NCBI GenBank assembly: GCA_945878845.1
Contig: CAMCUB010000003.1
Location: 62,482 to 126,481 of the forward strand
DNA length: 64,000 nt
Direction of reading: 5' to 3'
Source of the DNA: Erythrobacter sanguineus
GTDB lineage: Bacteria > Pseudomonadota > Alphaproteobacteria > Sphingomonadales > Sphingomonadaceae
The notes below the pieces were generated by a model that saw nothing but the letters and a program-made list of their open reading frames with translations, was not told the DNA's origin and ran no database searches. Made by a program: the position numbers and the translations under genes. This document shows positions 1-8,032 of this stretch, piece after piece. The stretch's first letter is position 1; every line of letters starts with the position of its first letter.

Positions 1-73
1 GGAGGCGATAAACGACAAACCGTTCGACGGGCTGCAAACACGGCCCCACCAACGGCCTCGCTGACGCTCAGCC

Positions 74-1672
74 TCAGCGCTTGGGGGCGCAGCTATAGAC
101 GAGCCGCTCGTTGGGCCGCTCGGGCAGGCCGGCGATCAGGGTGGACTGCTGCTCGCCCAATGTCCGTGCCGCCTCGCTCACCCCGCAGGCCGGCGGCGTG
201 TAGGCGCCCCGCGCGGCGCGGGCGGCGGCGAGCGCTTCCTGGCCGAGCAGATAGCGGTCGGTGCGCAAGGTGCGGGTGGCCGGGTCATAGGTGTTGACCG
301 CGACCGCGGCGTCATCCTCGGCCGCGAACACACGGGCCCACTCGCCGCCCTTGCCAAGGCCATATTGCGTGCGCCCATTGACGCAGCCGTCGGCCGACCA
401 TTCGAAGGCGACATCATCGGTGCGCGCGGCGGTGACTCGGCTCCTTTCGGGGACGAGCGTGCAGATCAGCGCGCCCTCGGCTGCGTCCGAGGCCTTGCCC
501 GGAGCAGCCGCCTTGCGGTCGCCGCCCCCGGCTTTCTCGACCGCGGCAGCGACCCGCTCCTCGATCTCGGTGAGGCCGGGGCGGGTGAACCACAGCAGCA
601 AGGCCAAGGCGAGCCCTGCCGCCGATAGCGCGCCCAGGATCCGCACATGGGTGCGCCGCGCCTCGTCCGCGCGCCACACGACCGCCGCATAGCCTGCGCC
701 GATGCAGGCGAGCAGCGCGATCAGCGCCAGCGCCATACGGTTCTCGCGCGCCTCGAGCACTTGCATCTGCGCGGTGAGGCGGGCGGTCTCGCGCACTTCG
801 CGCAAAGATTCCGAGCGCTGCTCGAGCGCGGCGCGCGCCTTGCTCTGCTCGGCCTCGAGGCGCTGGCGTTCCTCGGCGTTCAATTCGTCGATCGAGCGGC
901 ATGGGAGGGCGTTGACCACCGGCTCGACCTTGTTGCTGCGCAGGAAGGGCAGCAATTCGCGCAAGGACACCGCGAAGTAGAACTCGCCGTCGCCGCTTTC
1001 GGCATCGGCGCTGAAGGAGTTCACCCCTATCACCCGCCCGCACGGATCGAGCAGCGGCCCGCCCGAATTGCCGCGCGCGATCGGAGCGGTGTGGAGGATC
1101 GTGTCGAACTGGCGGCTGGGCCGCTCACCCGACAGGAACCCGCGCGACTTGACCGGCGGCTGGGCGCGGAAGATGTCCGCCATGTCGAGGCCCTGGGCCA
1201 GATCGACATTCATCGGATAGCCCACCGCCGAAACCTCGCCGAGATTGCTGGTGTCGCCGCCAGCCAGCGCCAGCGGCGGCAGGCGCAGCGATCCGCTCGC
1301 GATCTCGAGCAAGGCAAGGTCGTTGCGCGGGGAAACCGCCACCACCCGCGCAAAGGCACCGCCTACGCCCTCGGAGGGGACGATGCCGATGCGCAGCGTA
1401 TCGTCCTGCACCGCCTCGGCCACGACATGCGCGTTGGTGACGATCCGCGTCGCCGAGACGGCAAAGCCGGTGCCGTGGCTGACGGGGACAGGCTCGCCCC
1501 CCTCCTCGCCGATGATCACCACCCGCACCACGCCGCGCGAGGCCGCATCGACATCACCCGGATCGGCGGCGAGCGGGCCGGCCCGCAGAACTCCCAGCAA
1601 CACGGCAAATGCGCACAGCAGCGCCGCGATCAGCCGGAGGCTGAGGGTGATCCGCGGCCGGGAGAAGTGCAT
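74..1672 (-). CDS. membrane-anchored trypsin-like (S1, DegP-type) serine protease with coiled coil, two TM helices and a Cys-containing C-terminal domain
   Basis: Last 532 aa of ORF 74..2986. ATG at 1672 is followed by a signal/TM segment (LSLRLIAALLCAFAVLLGVL). Triad motifs TNAHV, NDLALL, GNSGGP. Coiled coil ERQRLEAEQSKARAALEQ. The upstream part of the ORF is an Arg/Gly-rich shadow. Confidence 0.75.
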   Translation of the reverse strand: MHFSRPRITLSLRLIAALLCAFAVLLGVLRAGPLAADPGDVDAASRGVVRVVIIGEEGGEPVPVSHGTGFAVSATRIVTNAHVVAEAVQDDTLRIGIVPSEGVGGAFARVVAVSPRNDLALLEIASGSLRLPPLALAGGDTSNLGEVSAVGYPMNVDLAQGLDMADIFRAQPPVKSRGFLSGERPSRQFDTILHTAPIARGNSGGPLLDPCGRVIGVNSFSADAESGDGEFYFAVSLRELLPFLRSNKVEPVVNALPCRSIDELNAEERQRLEAEQSKARAALEQRSESLREVRETARLTAQMQVLEARENRMALALIALLACIGAGYAAVVWRADEARRTHVRILGALSAAGLALALLLWFTRPGLTEIEERVAAAVEKAGGGDRKAAAPGKASDAAEGALICTLVPERSRVTAARTDDVAFEWSADGCVNGRTQYGLGKGGEWARVFAAEDDAAVAVNTYDPATRTLRTDRYLLGQEALAAARAARGAYTPPACGVSEAARTLGEQQSTLIAGLPERPNERLVYSCAPKR

Positions 1673-1768
1673 CACGAAAAAATCCTTGAACTGGCAGGAA
1701 TAGCTGCAATGACCTGCTCCATCCGGGTGATCTACCCAAAGCACGCGCCAAAGCAAACGGGGGCAACA

Positions 1769-2428
1769 ATGATCGGCATGCGTTATGTGACACTGGGTTT
1801 GGCGGCGCTGGCGCTGGCGGCGGTGCCGGGCGGGGCGGCGGCTCAGAGCGCGGCGCAGCACCGCTTCACGGTCGGCGGCAAGGCCTTCACCGTGCCCGTG
1901 CCGCAGGGCTATTGCCTGCCGACGGGCGTGACGATCGCGCTGGCCGAGAAGGTCGCCTCGCTCGACACGATGAACCTCACCCACGCCAATCTCGACCGCT
2001 GCGGCACCTTTGGCGAGGATTACGTCCACATCAAGTCGCCGCGCACCTCGCAGCCCGTGCCGATGCCGCGCGCCGATTTCGTCGCGCTGCTGGCGCGCGA
2101 GCTCCAGACCGCGAGCGGCCAGAAGCTGGTCGATGACGCGATCGAGGATGCCGGGCGCGATGTCGCCAAGGGCACCGACAACGAGATCAAGATCGACAAC
2201 ACCGTGCCCCGCTGTGCCGGGCAGGACGATGCCTGCGCCTATATGGCGCTGACCGGCGATGTGGCGGGCGCATCGGGCACCATCAAGATCCGCGGCGTGA
2301 TCTGCATGACCGTGGTCGGCGGCGAGTTCATGAACGTCAACGCCTATGCGATCGACGGCAGGGGCACCACCGACGCCCAGCTCAAGGCCCGGGTGCGCGC
2401 CATCGCGCTCTCGATCGCCGGAGCCTGA
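1769..2428 (+). CDS. secreted hypothetical protein
   Basis: In-frame ATG at 1769 within ORF 647..2428. Signal peptide MRYVTLGLAALALAAVPGGAAAQ. Divergent from the protease gene, 96 bp apart. Confidence 0.55.
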   Translation: MIGMRYVTLGLAALALAAVPGGAAAQSAAQHRFTVGGKAFTVPVPQGYCLPTGVTIALAEKVASLDTMNLTHANLDRCGTFGEDYVHIKSPRTSQPVPMPRADFVALLARELQTASGQKLVDDAIEDAGRDVAKGTDNEIKIDNTVPRCAGQDDACAYMALTGDVAGASGTIKIRGVICMTVVGGEFMNVNAYAIDGRGTTDAQLKARVRAIALSIAGA

Positions 2429-2518
2429 GCGACATTGAGCGCAACCCCGCCGGCTGCGCCGCGCGCGCGGCTGGCGTAACTGCTCCCCTGCAACGCAAGG
2501 CAAGGGAGCATATGTGCG

Positions 2519-3292
2519 ATGACCTACCGGATCAGGGGCCTCGACCCCGCGCTTTTCGCCGACCAGTTCGCGCTGGATGACGCCGATCTCGCCCGCCGCC
2601 GTGCGCGGCGCGAGATTGCAGGCGAGGGACGCTTCCCCTGCCGCGTGACGCTCGAGGATGCCGCGCCCGGCGAGGCGCTGCTGCTCACCCACCATGTGAA
2701 CCACGCGGTCGAGAGCCCCTACCGCAACGCCTTTGCGATCTACGTCCGCGCCGAGGCGCGCGCGGCGGCGGACTATGTCGACAGCCTCCCCCCGGTGCTG
2801 CGCGGCAGGCCGATCGCCTTGCGGGCCTATACTGCAGGCGGCGATCTCCACCGCGCCGCGCTGGCACTCGCCGACGATATCGACGCGCAGCTGCGCGCGT
2901 TGCTCGACGACGGCCAAGTCGCCTATATTGATGCGCACAACGCCATGCACGGCTGCTTTGCCGCGCGGATCGAGCGGCACGGGCATGAGGTATGTTTCAC
3001 GTTAAACATTACGAGAACATCACTGACGAGGAACGCTGGCAAGCGGCGCTTGCCAAGGACCGGCGGTTCGACGGCGCCTTCGTCACGGGGGTGCATTCGA
3101 CCGGTATCTATTGCCGCCCCTCGTGCCCCGCGCGCGCGCCGCATCGCAAGAATGTGCGCTTCTACGCTACCCCCGGTGACGCCGAGGCGGCGGGATTGCG
3201 GGCGTGCAAGCGCTGCTCGCTGGGGAGCCAGAGCGCGGAGGAGGCCTGCGTCCTCGCCGCTATCGCCGCGATCCGCGAGGGCGGCGCGATGA
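2519..3292 (+). CDS. DUF1203 domain protein; the ORF as sequenced carries an abnormal ~96-codon tail overlapping ada
   Basis: N-terminal ~158 aa fit the DUF1203 pattern (YRIRGLDP...FPCRVTLEDA...SPYRNAFAIYVR...HGCFAARIER). The tail is Arg/Pro/Ser-rich, like out-of-frame sequence. The expected end is near 3004 (see findings). Confidence 0.6.
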   Translation: MTYRIRGLDPALFADQFALDDADLARRRARREIAGEGRFPCRVTLEDAAPGEALLLTHHVNHAVESPYRNAFAIYVRAEARAAADYVDSLPPVLRGRPIALRAYTAGGDLHRAALALADDIDAQLRALLDDGQVAYIDAHNAMHGCFAARIERHGHEVCFTLNITRTSLTRNAGKRRLPRTGGSTAPSSRGCIRPVSIAAPRAPRARRIARMCASTLPPVTPRRRDCGRASAARWGARARRRPASSPLSPRSARAAR

Positions 3293-4035
3293 CGCTGGAT
3301 GCGCTGTCCGAGCTGACCGGCTACACGCCCACGCACTTCCAGCGCCTGTTCAAGCGCACCGTCGGCCTCTCGCCTGCCGCCTTTGCCCGCGCCCTGCGCG
3401 AGGAGCGCGTGCGCGAGGCGCTGGCAGGCGGCCTAGGCGTGACCGAGGCGCTCGCCGCGGCGGGCTATGGCGGGTCGGAGCAATTCTACGCGGAAACGAA
3501 AGGCAGGATGGGAATGCGCCCGAGCGACTGGACAAGAGGCGGCGCGGGCCGCGTGATCCATTGGGCAGTGCTGGCGACCTCGCTAGGCCCCATGCTGGTG
3601 GCGGCGACCGAGGTGGGTGTATGCTGCCTTGCCTTCGGCGAGGGCGAAGCGGAACTGCGCGCGCGCTTCCCCCGGGCCGAACTGGCCCCGGCAGGCGAGG
3701 CCTTCCGCGCGCTATTCGCTGATGTGGTGCAAGCGGTCGAGCAGCCCGGCCCGGGCAGCGCCGCAATCCCGCTCGACGTTCACGGCACCGCCTTCCAGCA
3801 GCGGGTCTGGGAAGAACTGCGCCGCATCCCGGCGGGCGAGACCCGTTCCTATGGCGAGCTGGCCGCCGCCCTCGGCAACCCCAAGGCGAGCCGCGCGGTG
3901 GGCGGCGCGAACGGGGCGAACAACATCGCGGTGCTGATCCCGTGCCATCGGGTGATTGCGGCGGACGGGACGCTGGGCGGCTATGCCTATGGGTTGGCGA
4001 TCAAGGCGGAGTTGCTGAAGCGGGAGGGGGCGTGA
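2992..4035 (+). CDS. ada: bifunctional Ada-type regulator / methylated-DNA-protein-cysteine methyltransferase
   Basis: N-terminal Zn-Cys domain (ERWQAALAKDRRFDGAFVTGVHSTGIYCRPSCPAR...CKRC), AraC HTH (LSELTGYTPTHFQRLFKR), and C-terminal MGMT active site IPCHRVI. Confidence 0.85.
   Translation: MFHVKHYENITDEERWQAALAKDRRFDGAFVTGVHSTGIYCRPSCPARAPHRKNVRFYATPGDAEAAGLRACKRCSLGSQSAEEACVLAAIAAIREGGAMTLDALSELTGYTPTHFQRLFKRTVGLSPAAFARALREERVREALAGGLGVTEALAAAGYGGSEQFYAETKGRMGMRPSDWTRGGAGRVIHWAVLATSLGPMLVAATEVGVCCLAFGEGEAELRARFPRAELAPAGEAFRALFADVVQAVEQPGPGSAAIPLDVHGTAFQQRVWEELRRIPAGETRSYGELAAALGNPKASRAVGGANGANNIAVLIPCHRVIAADGTLGGYAYGLAIKAELLKREGA
2993..3008. promoter_or_regulatory. parS-like ParB-binding motif (15/16 match)
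   Basis: TGTTTCACGTTAAACA versus consensus TGTTNCACGTGAAACA. The only mismatch is T for G at 3003. Confidence 0.5.
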
Positions 4036-4075
4036 AGGATTGGCAGGCTTTCCGCCATGCTTTACAATCACCTGC

Positions 4076-4648
4076 ATGATGGACACCCCGCCCGAGCCGC
4101 CGCCTGCACAGGAGCAGGTCATCGCGCAAAAGCTGGTCGGTTGCGGGTTGAACGCTGAAGGCTTTACCGTTCGCTACGAGGATGAGCTCGAAAGCATGGT
4201 GATCGCCATAACCGCCGCGGCGCAAGCAAAGCCCGAACAATTCGTCTGCATCCGCGAGGCGGCTGGCATTGAGATCGTCACGTTCGAAGACTTCGAGATG
4301 TTCGACGCCTACATGCAGGTCGTGGAAGAACTCGCCCGCCCGCAGGTTCTTGCCGACGCCGAAAAATCGCTACGGGAAAGCGGGCTTTGGGAGAACTTCC
4401 CGAAGCGGAACGATTATGCCGCCTTCGTAGATTATCTCCGGGCACTCGAAATCCATGCAGGCTTTGCGCCAGGCACGATGCTGCAAGCCCAAGACGACCA
4501 GCGGATGCGATTGGAGCCTTCGTCTGACGAGCTCTTCGACGAGGTGAGTTATGAGCGCTGGGCCGTTCTGCTTACGGTGCTCAAGTATGCTTCGGCCCGA
4601 GACCGATTTTCGATAGGCTTTGTCGGCAACGACAAGGTTCGCGAATAA
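4076..4648 (+). CDS. hypothetical protein (orphan, visibly lower GC)
   Basis: ORF 4040..4648 starts at TTG; the first ATG is at 4076 (MMDTPPEPP). I recognise no motif. Confidence 0.45.
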   Translation: MMDTPPEPPPAQEQVIAQKLVGCGLNAEGFTVRYEDELESMVIAITAAAQAKPEQFVCIREAAGIEIVTFEDFEMFDAYMQVVEELARPQVLADAEKSLRESGLWENFPKRNDYAAFVDYLRALEIHAGFAPGTMLQAQDDQRMRLEPSSDELFDEVSYERWAVLLTVLKYASARDRFSIGFVGNDKVRE

Positions 4649-4695
4649 ACCAGCGGGGCCCCGGCTCGGGGGCCGGGGAGGGGCTCTGTCGTAAC

Positions 4696-4805
4696 CCTCG
4701 TCATTGCGAGCCGAAGGCGCGGCAATCCATCGCCTGAGGCTTCCGCTAGAGGCACGGCTCGTCCATGGATTGCTTCGTCGCCTTCGGCTCCTCGCAATGA
4801 CGAGG
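4696..4805. repeat. family A palindromic MITE/REP-like element, copy 1
   Basis: Arms TCGTCATTGCGAGCCGAAGGCG..GCAATCCAT and ATGGATTGC..CGCCTTCGGCTCCTCGCAATGACGA are inverted repeats. The same arms recur at 21461..21566. It lies between convergent genes. Confidence 0.7.
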
Positions 4806-4812
4806 GGAGCGA

Positions 4813-5448
4813 TCAATCTAGCTTCGGCGGCATCCCCGGCTCGCACTTCGCCATCGCTGTCTGATACGCGGGCCGCTCGCCGATGCGCTTCAGGTAGGCT
4901 TGCAGATTGGGCAGGTGGTCGATGCTCATCCCGCTCATTGCGCGGCTGGTGGTGAGCTGGAAGCCCATCATGATGTCGGCGGTGGTCAGCTGCGCGCCGC
5001 CGACATAGTCGGCCTCGCCCAGCCGCTGCTCGACGATCTTCCAGCCCTTCGCCACGCGGTCGGCCACAAAAGCGGGCAGTTCGGTTGCGCCCATGAACTG
5101 CGCCACCAGCGCCATCATGCCGTTGGTCATGAAGGTCGCGTTGGCCCAGTGATAGTAGAACAGGTGGTCGGCAAAGTCGGTGTGGTCCACGCCCGGAACC
5201 AACGCCGTGTCGGGGGCATATTTCGCCACGATATAGTCCATGATCGCCCCGCTCTCGCCGAGCACGAAACCGCCGTCGGTGATCACCGGGGCGATGCCCA
5301 TCGGGTGGAGCGCCTTGTATTCGTCGGGCGCGAGGCGGTTGTCGGTGCGGCGGTTGTAGAGCTTGAGGTCGTAGTCCAGCCCCAGCTCCTCGGCGAGCCA
5401 GACGATGCGTTCGGATTGCGACAGGCGCAGGTGGTGGATGGTCAGCAT
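4813..5448 (-). CDS. glutathione S-transferase
   Basis: ATG at 5448 (MLTIHHLRLSQSERIVWLAEELG). GST N-domain motif ESGAIMDYI and a GST C-domain. Confidence 0.85.
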   Translation of the reverse strand: MLTIHHLRLSQSERIVWLAEELGLDYDLKLYNRRTDNRLAPDEYKALHPMGIAPVITDGGFVLGESGAIMDYIVAKYAPDTALVPGVDHTDFADHLFYYHWANATFMTNGMMALVAQFMGATELPAFVADRVAKGWKIVEQRLGEADYVGGAQLTTADIMMGFQLTTSRAMSGMSIDHLPNLQAYLKRIGERPAYQTAMAKCEPGMPPKLD

Positions 5449-5547
5449 GGCAAGGCTCTTTCGTCGATTAGTTCGTCCCAAGACCTAGCCAAGGCTGCGG
5501 CGCTGCGCCATCCCCTAAGGCGTAGAACACAAGGGGCATCGCCGAAA

Positions 5548-6441
5548 ATGGACACCGAACAGGCCGCACAGCCGCCGCTGTGGAAGCGCATCTGGAATTT
5601 CCCGCTGGTCGCACTGCTGGCCGCGCTCGCGGTGACGGTTGCGGTGCTGGCGGCCATGGGCTTTGCCGGGGAGATGCTGCGCGGCGCTCTGCCCCGCGAT
5701 GTCCGAGGGGCGCTGATGGTGATTGCGACGATCGCGGCGCTGATCGCAGTGCAGAAACTGGTACTGCGCCGCCTTGGCGAGCACCACCATGACGACCTGC
5801 CCCTCGCCGGTGCAGCCCGCGGGCTGGCGCTCGGCACATTCGGCGCTTTTGTGCTGTTCAGCCTGATCGTCGGGATCGCCGCGCTGCTGGGCGCCTATTT
5901 CATCGTCGGCTGGGGCGGCATGAACAACTGGCTGATGCTGCTGTTCACCGCCGGGATCAGCGCCGGCTTTGCCGAGGAGTTCATCTTCCGCGGCATCCTG
6001 TTTCGCTGGATCGAGGAATTCGCCGGGAGCTGGGCGGCGCTGGTCATCACCTCGGGCCTGTTCGGCCTGGCGCATATCGGCAACGACAATGCGACGTGGT
6101 TTTCCTCCTTCACCATCGCGGTCGAGGCGGGGTTGATGCTCGGCGGGGCCTATATGCTCACCCGCAGCCTGTGGGTGCCGATCGGGCTCCATTTCGGCTG
6201 GAACATGACGCAGGGGCTGGTGTGGGACGTTCCGGTGTCGGGCAATGAGGTGGACGGGCTGGTCGATGCGCGGCTGGTCGGCGATCCGCTGATTTCGGGC
6301 GGCGCTTTCGGGCTCGAGGCCTCGTTGATCGCACTGGTGGTGGCGGGCGGCTTTGGCGTGTGGCTGGTGAAGCGCGCGGCGGACAAGGGCGAGGTGATGC
6401 AGCCCTGGTGGGTGCGCCGCCGCCTCGCTTCGGAAGCCTAG
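5548..6441 (+). CDS. CPBP (CAAX/Abi) family intramembrane metalloprotease
   Basis: ATG at 5548 (MDTEQAAQPP). Multiple TM helices. Motifs AEEFIFRG and FGLAHIGN. Confidence 0.8.
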   Translation: MDTEQAAQPPLWKRIWNFPLVALLAALAVTVAVLAAMGFAGEMLRGALPRDVRGALMVIATIAALIAVQKLVLRRLGEHHHDDLPLAGAARGLALGTFGAFVLFSLIVGIAALLGAYFIVGWGGMNNWLMLLFTAGISAGFAEEFIFRGILFRWIEEFAGSWAALVITSGLFGLAHIGNDNATWFSSFTIAVEAGLMLGGAYMLTRSLWVPIGLHFGWNMTQGLVWDVPVSGNEVDGLVDARLVGDPLISGGAFGLEASLIALVVAGGFGVWLVKRAADKGEVMQPWWVRRRLASEA

Positions 6442-7994
6442 GCGCGCGCCCAGCCTTCGCGCGCGGGTTCGAGGGCATCGAGGAAGGTCTCGGCGCTCTC
6501 GAGATATTCGCGCTGCCGAGCCTCGCCCATCTTGTCCCACGTCGCATAGATGCGCCCGATGCGGTGGTTGCTTTCGAGCCGGGCGCGGTTGCGGTCCATG
6601 AAATGCCAGTAGAGCGGGTTGAACGGGCACGCCTTGGGCCCGGTCTTCTCGGCGACCTTGTAGCGGCAGCCTTTGCAGTAATCGGACATCTTGTTGATGT
6701 AATTGCCGCTCGCCGCATAGGGCTTGGTCGCGAGGTGGCCGCCATCGGCATAGAGCACCATGCCCGCCACATTGGGCAACTCGACCCACTCGTAAGCGTC
6801 GGCATAGACCGCGAGATACCAGTCGGCGACCTGCTGCGGGTCGATCCCGGCGATCAGGCAGAAATTGCCGAGCACCATCAGCCGCTGGATGTGGTGCGCG
6901 TGCGCGTCCTCGCGGGTGGTGCGGATGCAGTCTGACAGGCAGCGCATGTCGGTGTCGCCGGTCCAGAAGAACTCGGGCAGCGGGCGGTGCGCGCCCAATT
7001 CGTTGGCATCGGCCAGCCCCGGCATCTGGTGCCAGTAGAACCCGCGCACATATTCGCGCCAGCCGATGATCTGGCGGATGAAGCCCTCTGCGGAGTTTAG
7101 CGGGGCCCTGCCCGAATTGTAGGCAGCTTCGGCGGCGCGGCACAATTCGAGCGGGTCCAGCAGCCCGCAATTGAGGCTGGTCGAGAGCATCGAGTGGTAG
7201 AGGTCGTCCTCCCCGTGCACCATCGCGTCCTGATAGGGGCCGAACTTGTCGAGACGGCGCGCGAAGAAGGCCTCGGCGGCTTCGAGCGCCTGGTTCCGCG
7301 TGACGGGCCAGCCGAAGGGTTCGAGATCGCCGAAGTGGTCGGCGAAACGCTCAGCCACGAGGGCGATGACCTCCTGCGTGATCGCGTCGGGGGCGAATTT
7401 GGGGGTGAGAGGTGCTTTGAGGCCCTCCTTGGGAGGCTCGCGGTTTTCGCTGTCGAGGTTCCAGACGCCGCTGACCGGCTTGTCGCCTTCCATCAGCAGC
7501 CCGGTCTTGCGCCGCATCTCGCGGTAGAAATACTCCATCGTCAGGTGCTTGCGCCCTTCCGCGAATTTGCGGAATTCGGCGTGGGTGGCGATGAAGCGCG
7601 TGTCGGGGAGGATGCTGACGGGGCAGGGGAAGCGGCCCTCCCATTCGAGCATGGCTTCATGCACCCGCCACTCGCCGCTTTCGGTGACGCGGATCTCGGA
7701 CGGGGCGTGGCGCTCCACTGCGCGGGCGACCTCGCCGGTGAAGCTGCCGGTGTTGTGCGCGTCGTCGAGGCGCACGAAATCGACCTGAAAGCCCTCGGCG
7801 CGCAATCCTTCCGCGAAGTGGCGCATTGCCGAAAAGATGAGCACGATCTTCTGCTTGTGGTGCTTCACATAGGTGGCCTCGTCCCACACCTCCATCATCA
7901 GCACGCGGGTCTCCGCGGGGGAGAGGCCTTCGAGGCTGGAGATATTGCGCGACAGCTGGTCGCCGAGGATCGGCACGAGAACGGGACGGGTCAT
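6438..7994 (-). CDS. cryptochrome/photolyase family protein, FeS-BCP / (6-4) photolyase-like (COG3046 type)
   Basis: ATG at 7994 (MTRPVLVPILGDQLS). C-terminal Cys cluster DYCKGCRYKV...KACPFNPLYWHF. The upstream part of ORF 6438..8912 is shadow over priA. Confidence 0.8.
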   Translation of the reverse strand: MTRPVLVPILGDQLSRNISSLEGLSPAETRVLMMEVWDEATYVKHHKQKIVLIFSAMRHFAEGLRAEGFQVDFVRLDDAHNTGSFTGEVARAVERHAPSEIRVTESGEWRVHEAMLEWEGRFPCPVSILPDTRFIATHAEFRKFAEGRKHLTMEYFYREMRRKTGLLMEGDKPVSGVWNLDSENREPPKEGLKAPLTPKFAPDAITQEVIALVAERFADHFGDLEPFGWPVTRNQALEAAEAFFARRLDKFGPYQDAMVHGEDDLYHSMLSTSLNCGLLDPLELCRAAEAAYNSGRAPLNSAEGFIRQIIGWREYVRGFYWHQMPGLADANELGAHRPLPEFFWTGDTDMRCLSDCIRTTREDAHAHHIQRLMVLGNFCLIAGIDPQQVADWYLAVYADAYEWVELPNVAGMVLYADGGHLATKPYAASGNYINKMSDYCKGCRYKVAEKTGPKACPFNPLYWHFMDRNRARLESNHRIGRIYATWDKMGEARQREYLESAETFLDALEPAREGWARA

Positions 7995-8032
7995 GGGGGG
8001 GATACGCGGCGGCCTGCGCTTTGGTTTCGCGT

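Noticed and set aside
74-2986. 970-aa ORF suggesting a much larger protease
   Set aside because: The N-terminal ~437 aa are Arg/Gly/His-rich and lie antisense to the better-supported secreted-protein gene (1769..2428) and the DUF1203 gene. A clean signal peptide follows the internal ATG at 1672. The same kind of 5' over-extension was trimmed for ORFs 647..2428, 4900..6441, 6438..8912, 8033..10579, 35542..36390, 41452..42531 and 57003..60749.
5515-7170. Long antisense ORFs, e.g. 5515..7170 (551 aa), 8021..9304, 12236..13357, 15118..16590, 18369..19826, 45739..47172, 58089..60140, 62256..63707
   Set aside because: They run opposite to genes with clear catalytic motifs. Their translations are Arg/Gly/Ala/Pro-rich low-complexity sequence with no motifs. 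This is the usual stop-codon-poor shadow frame of GC-rich coding DNA.
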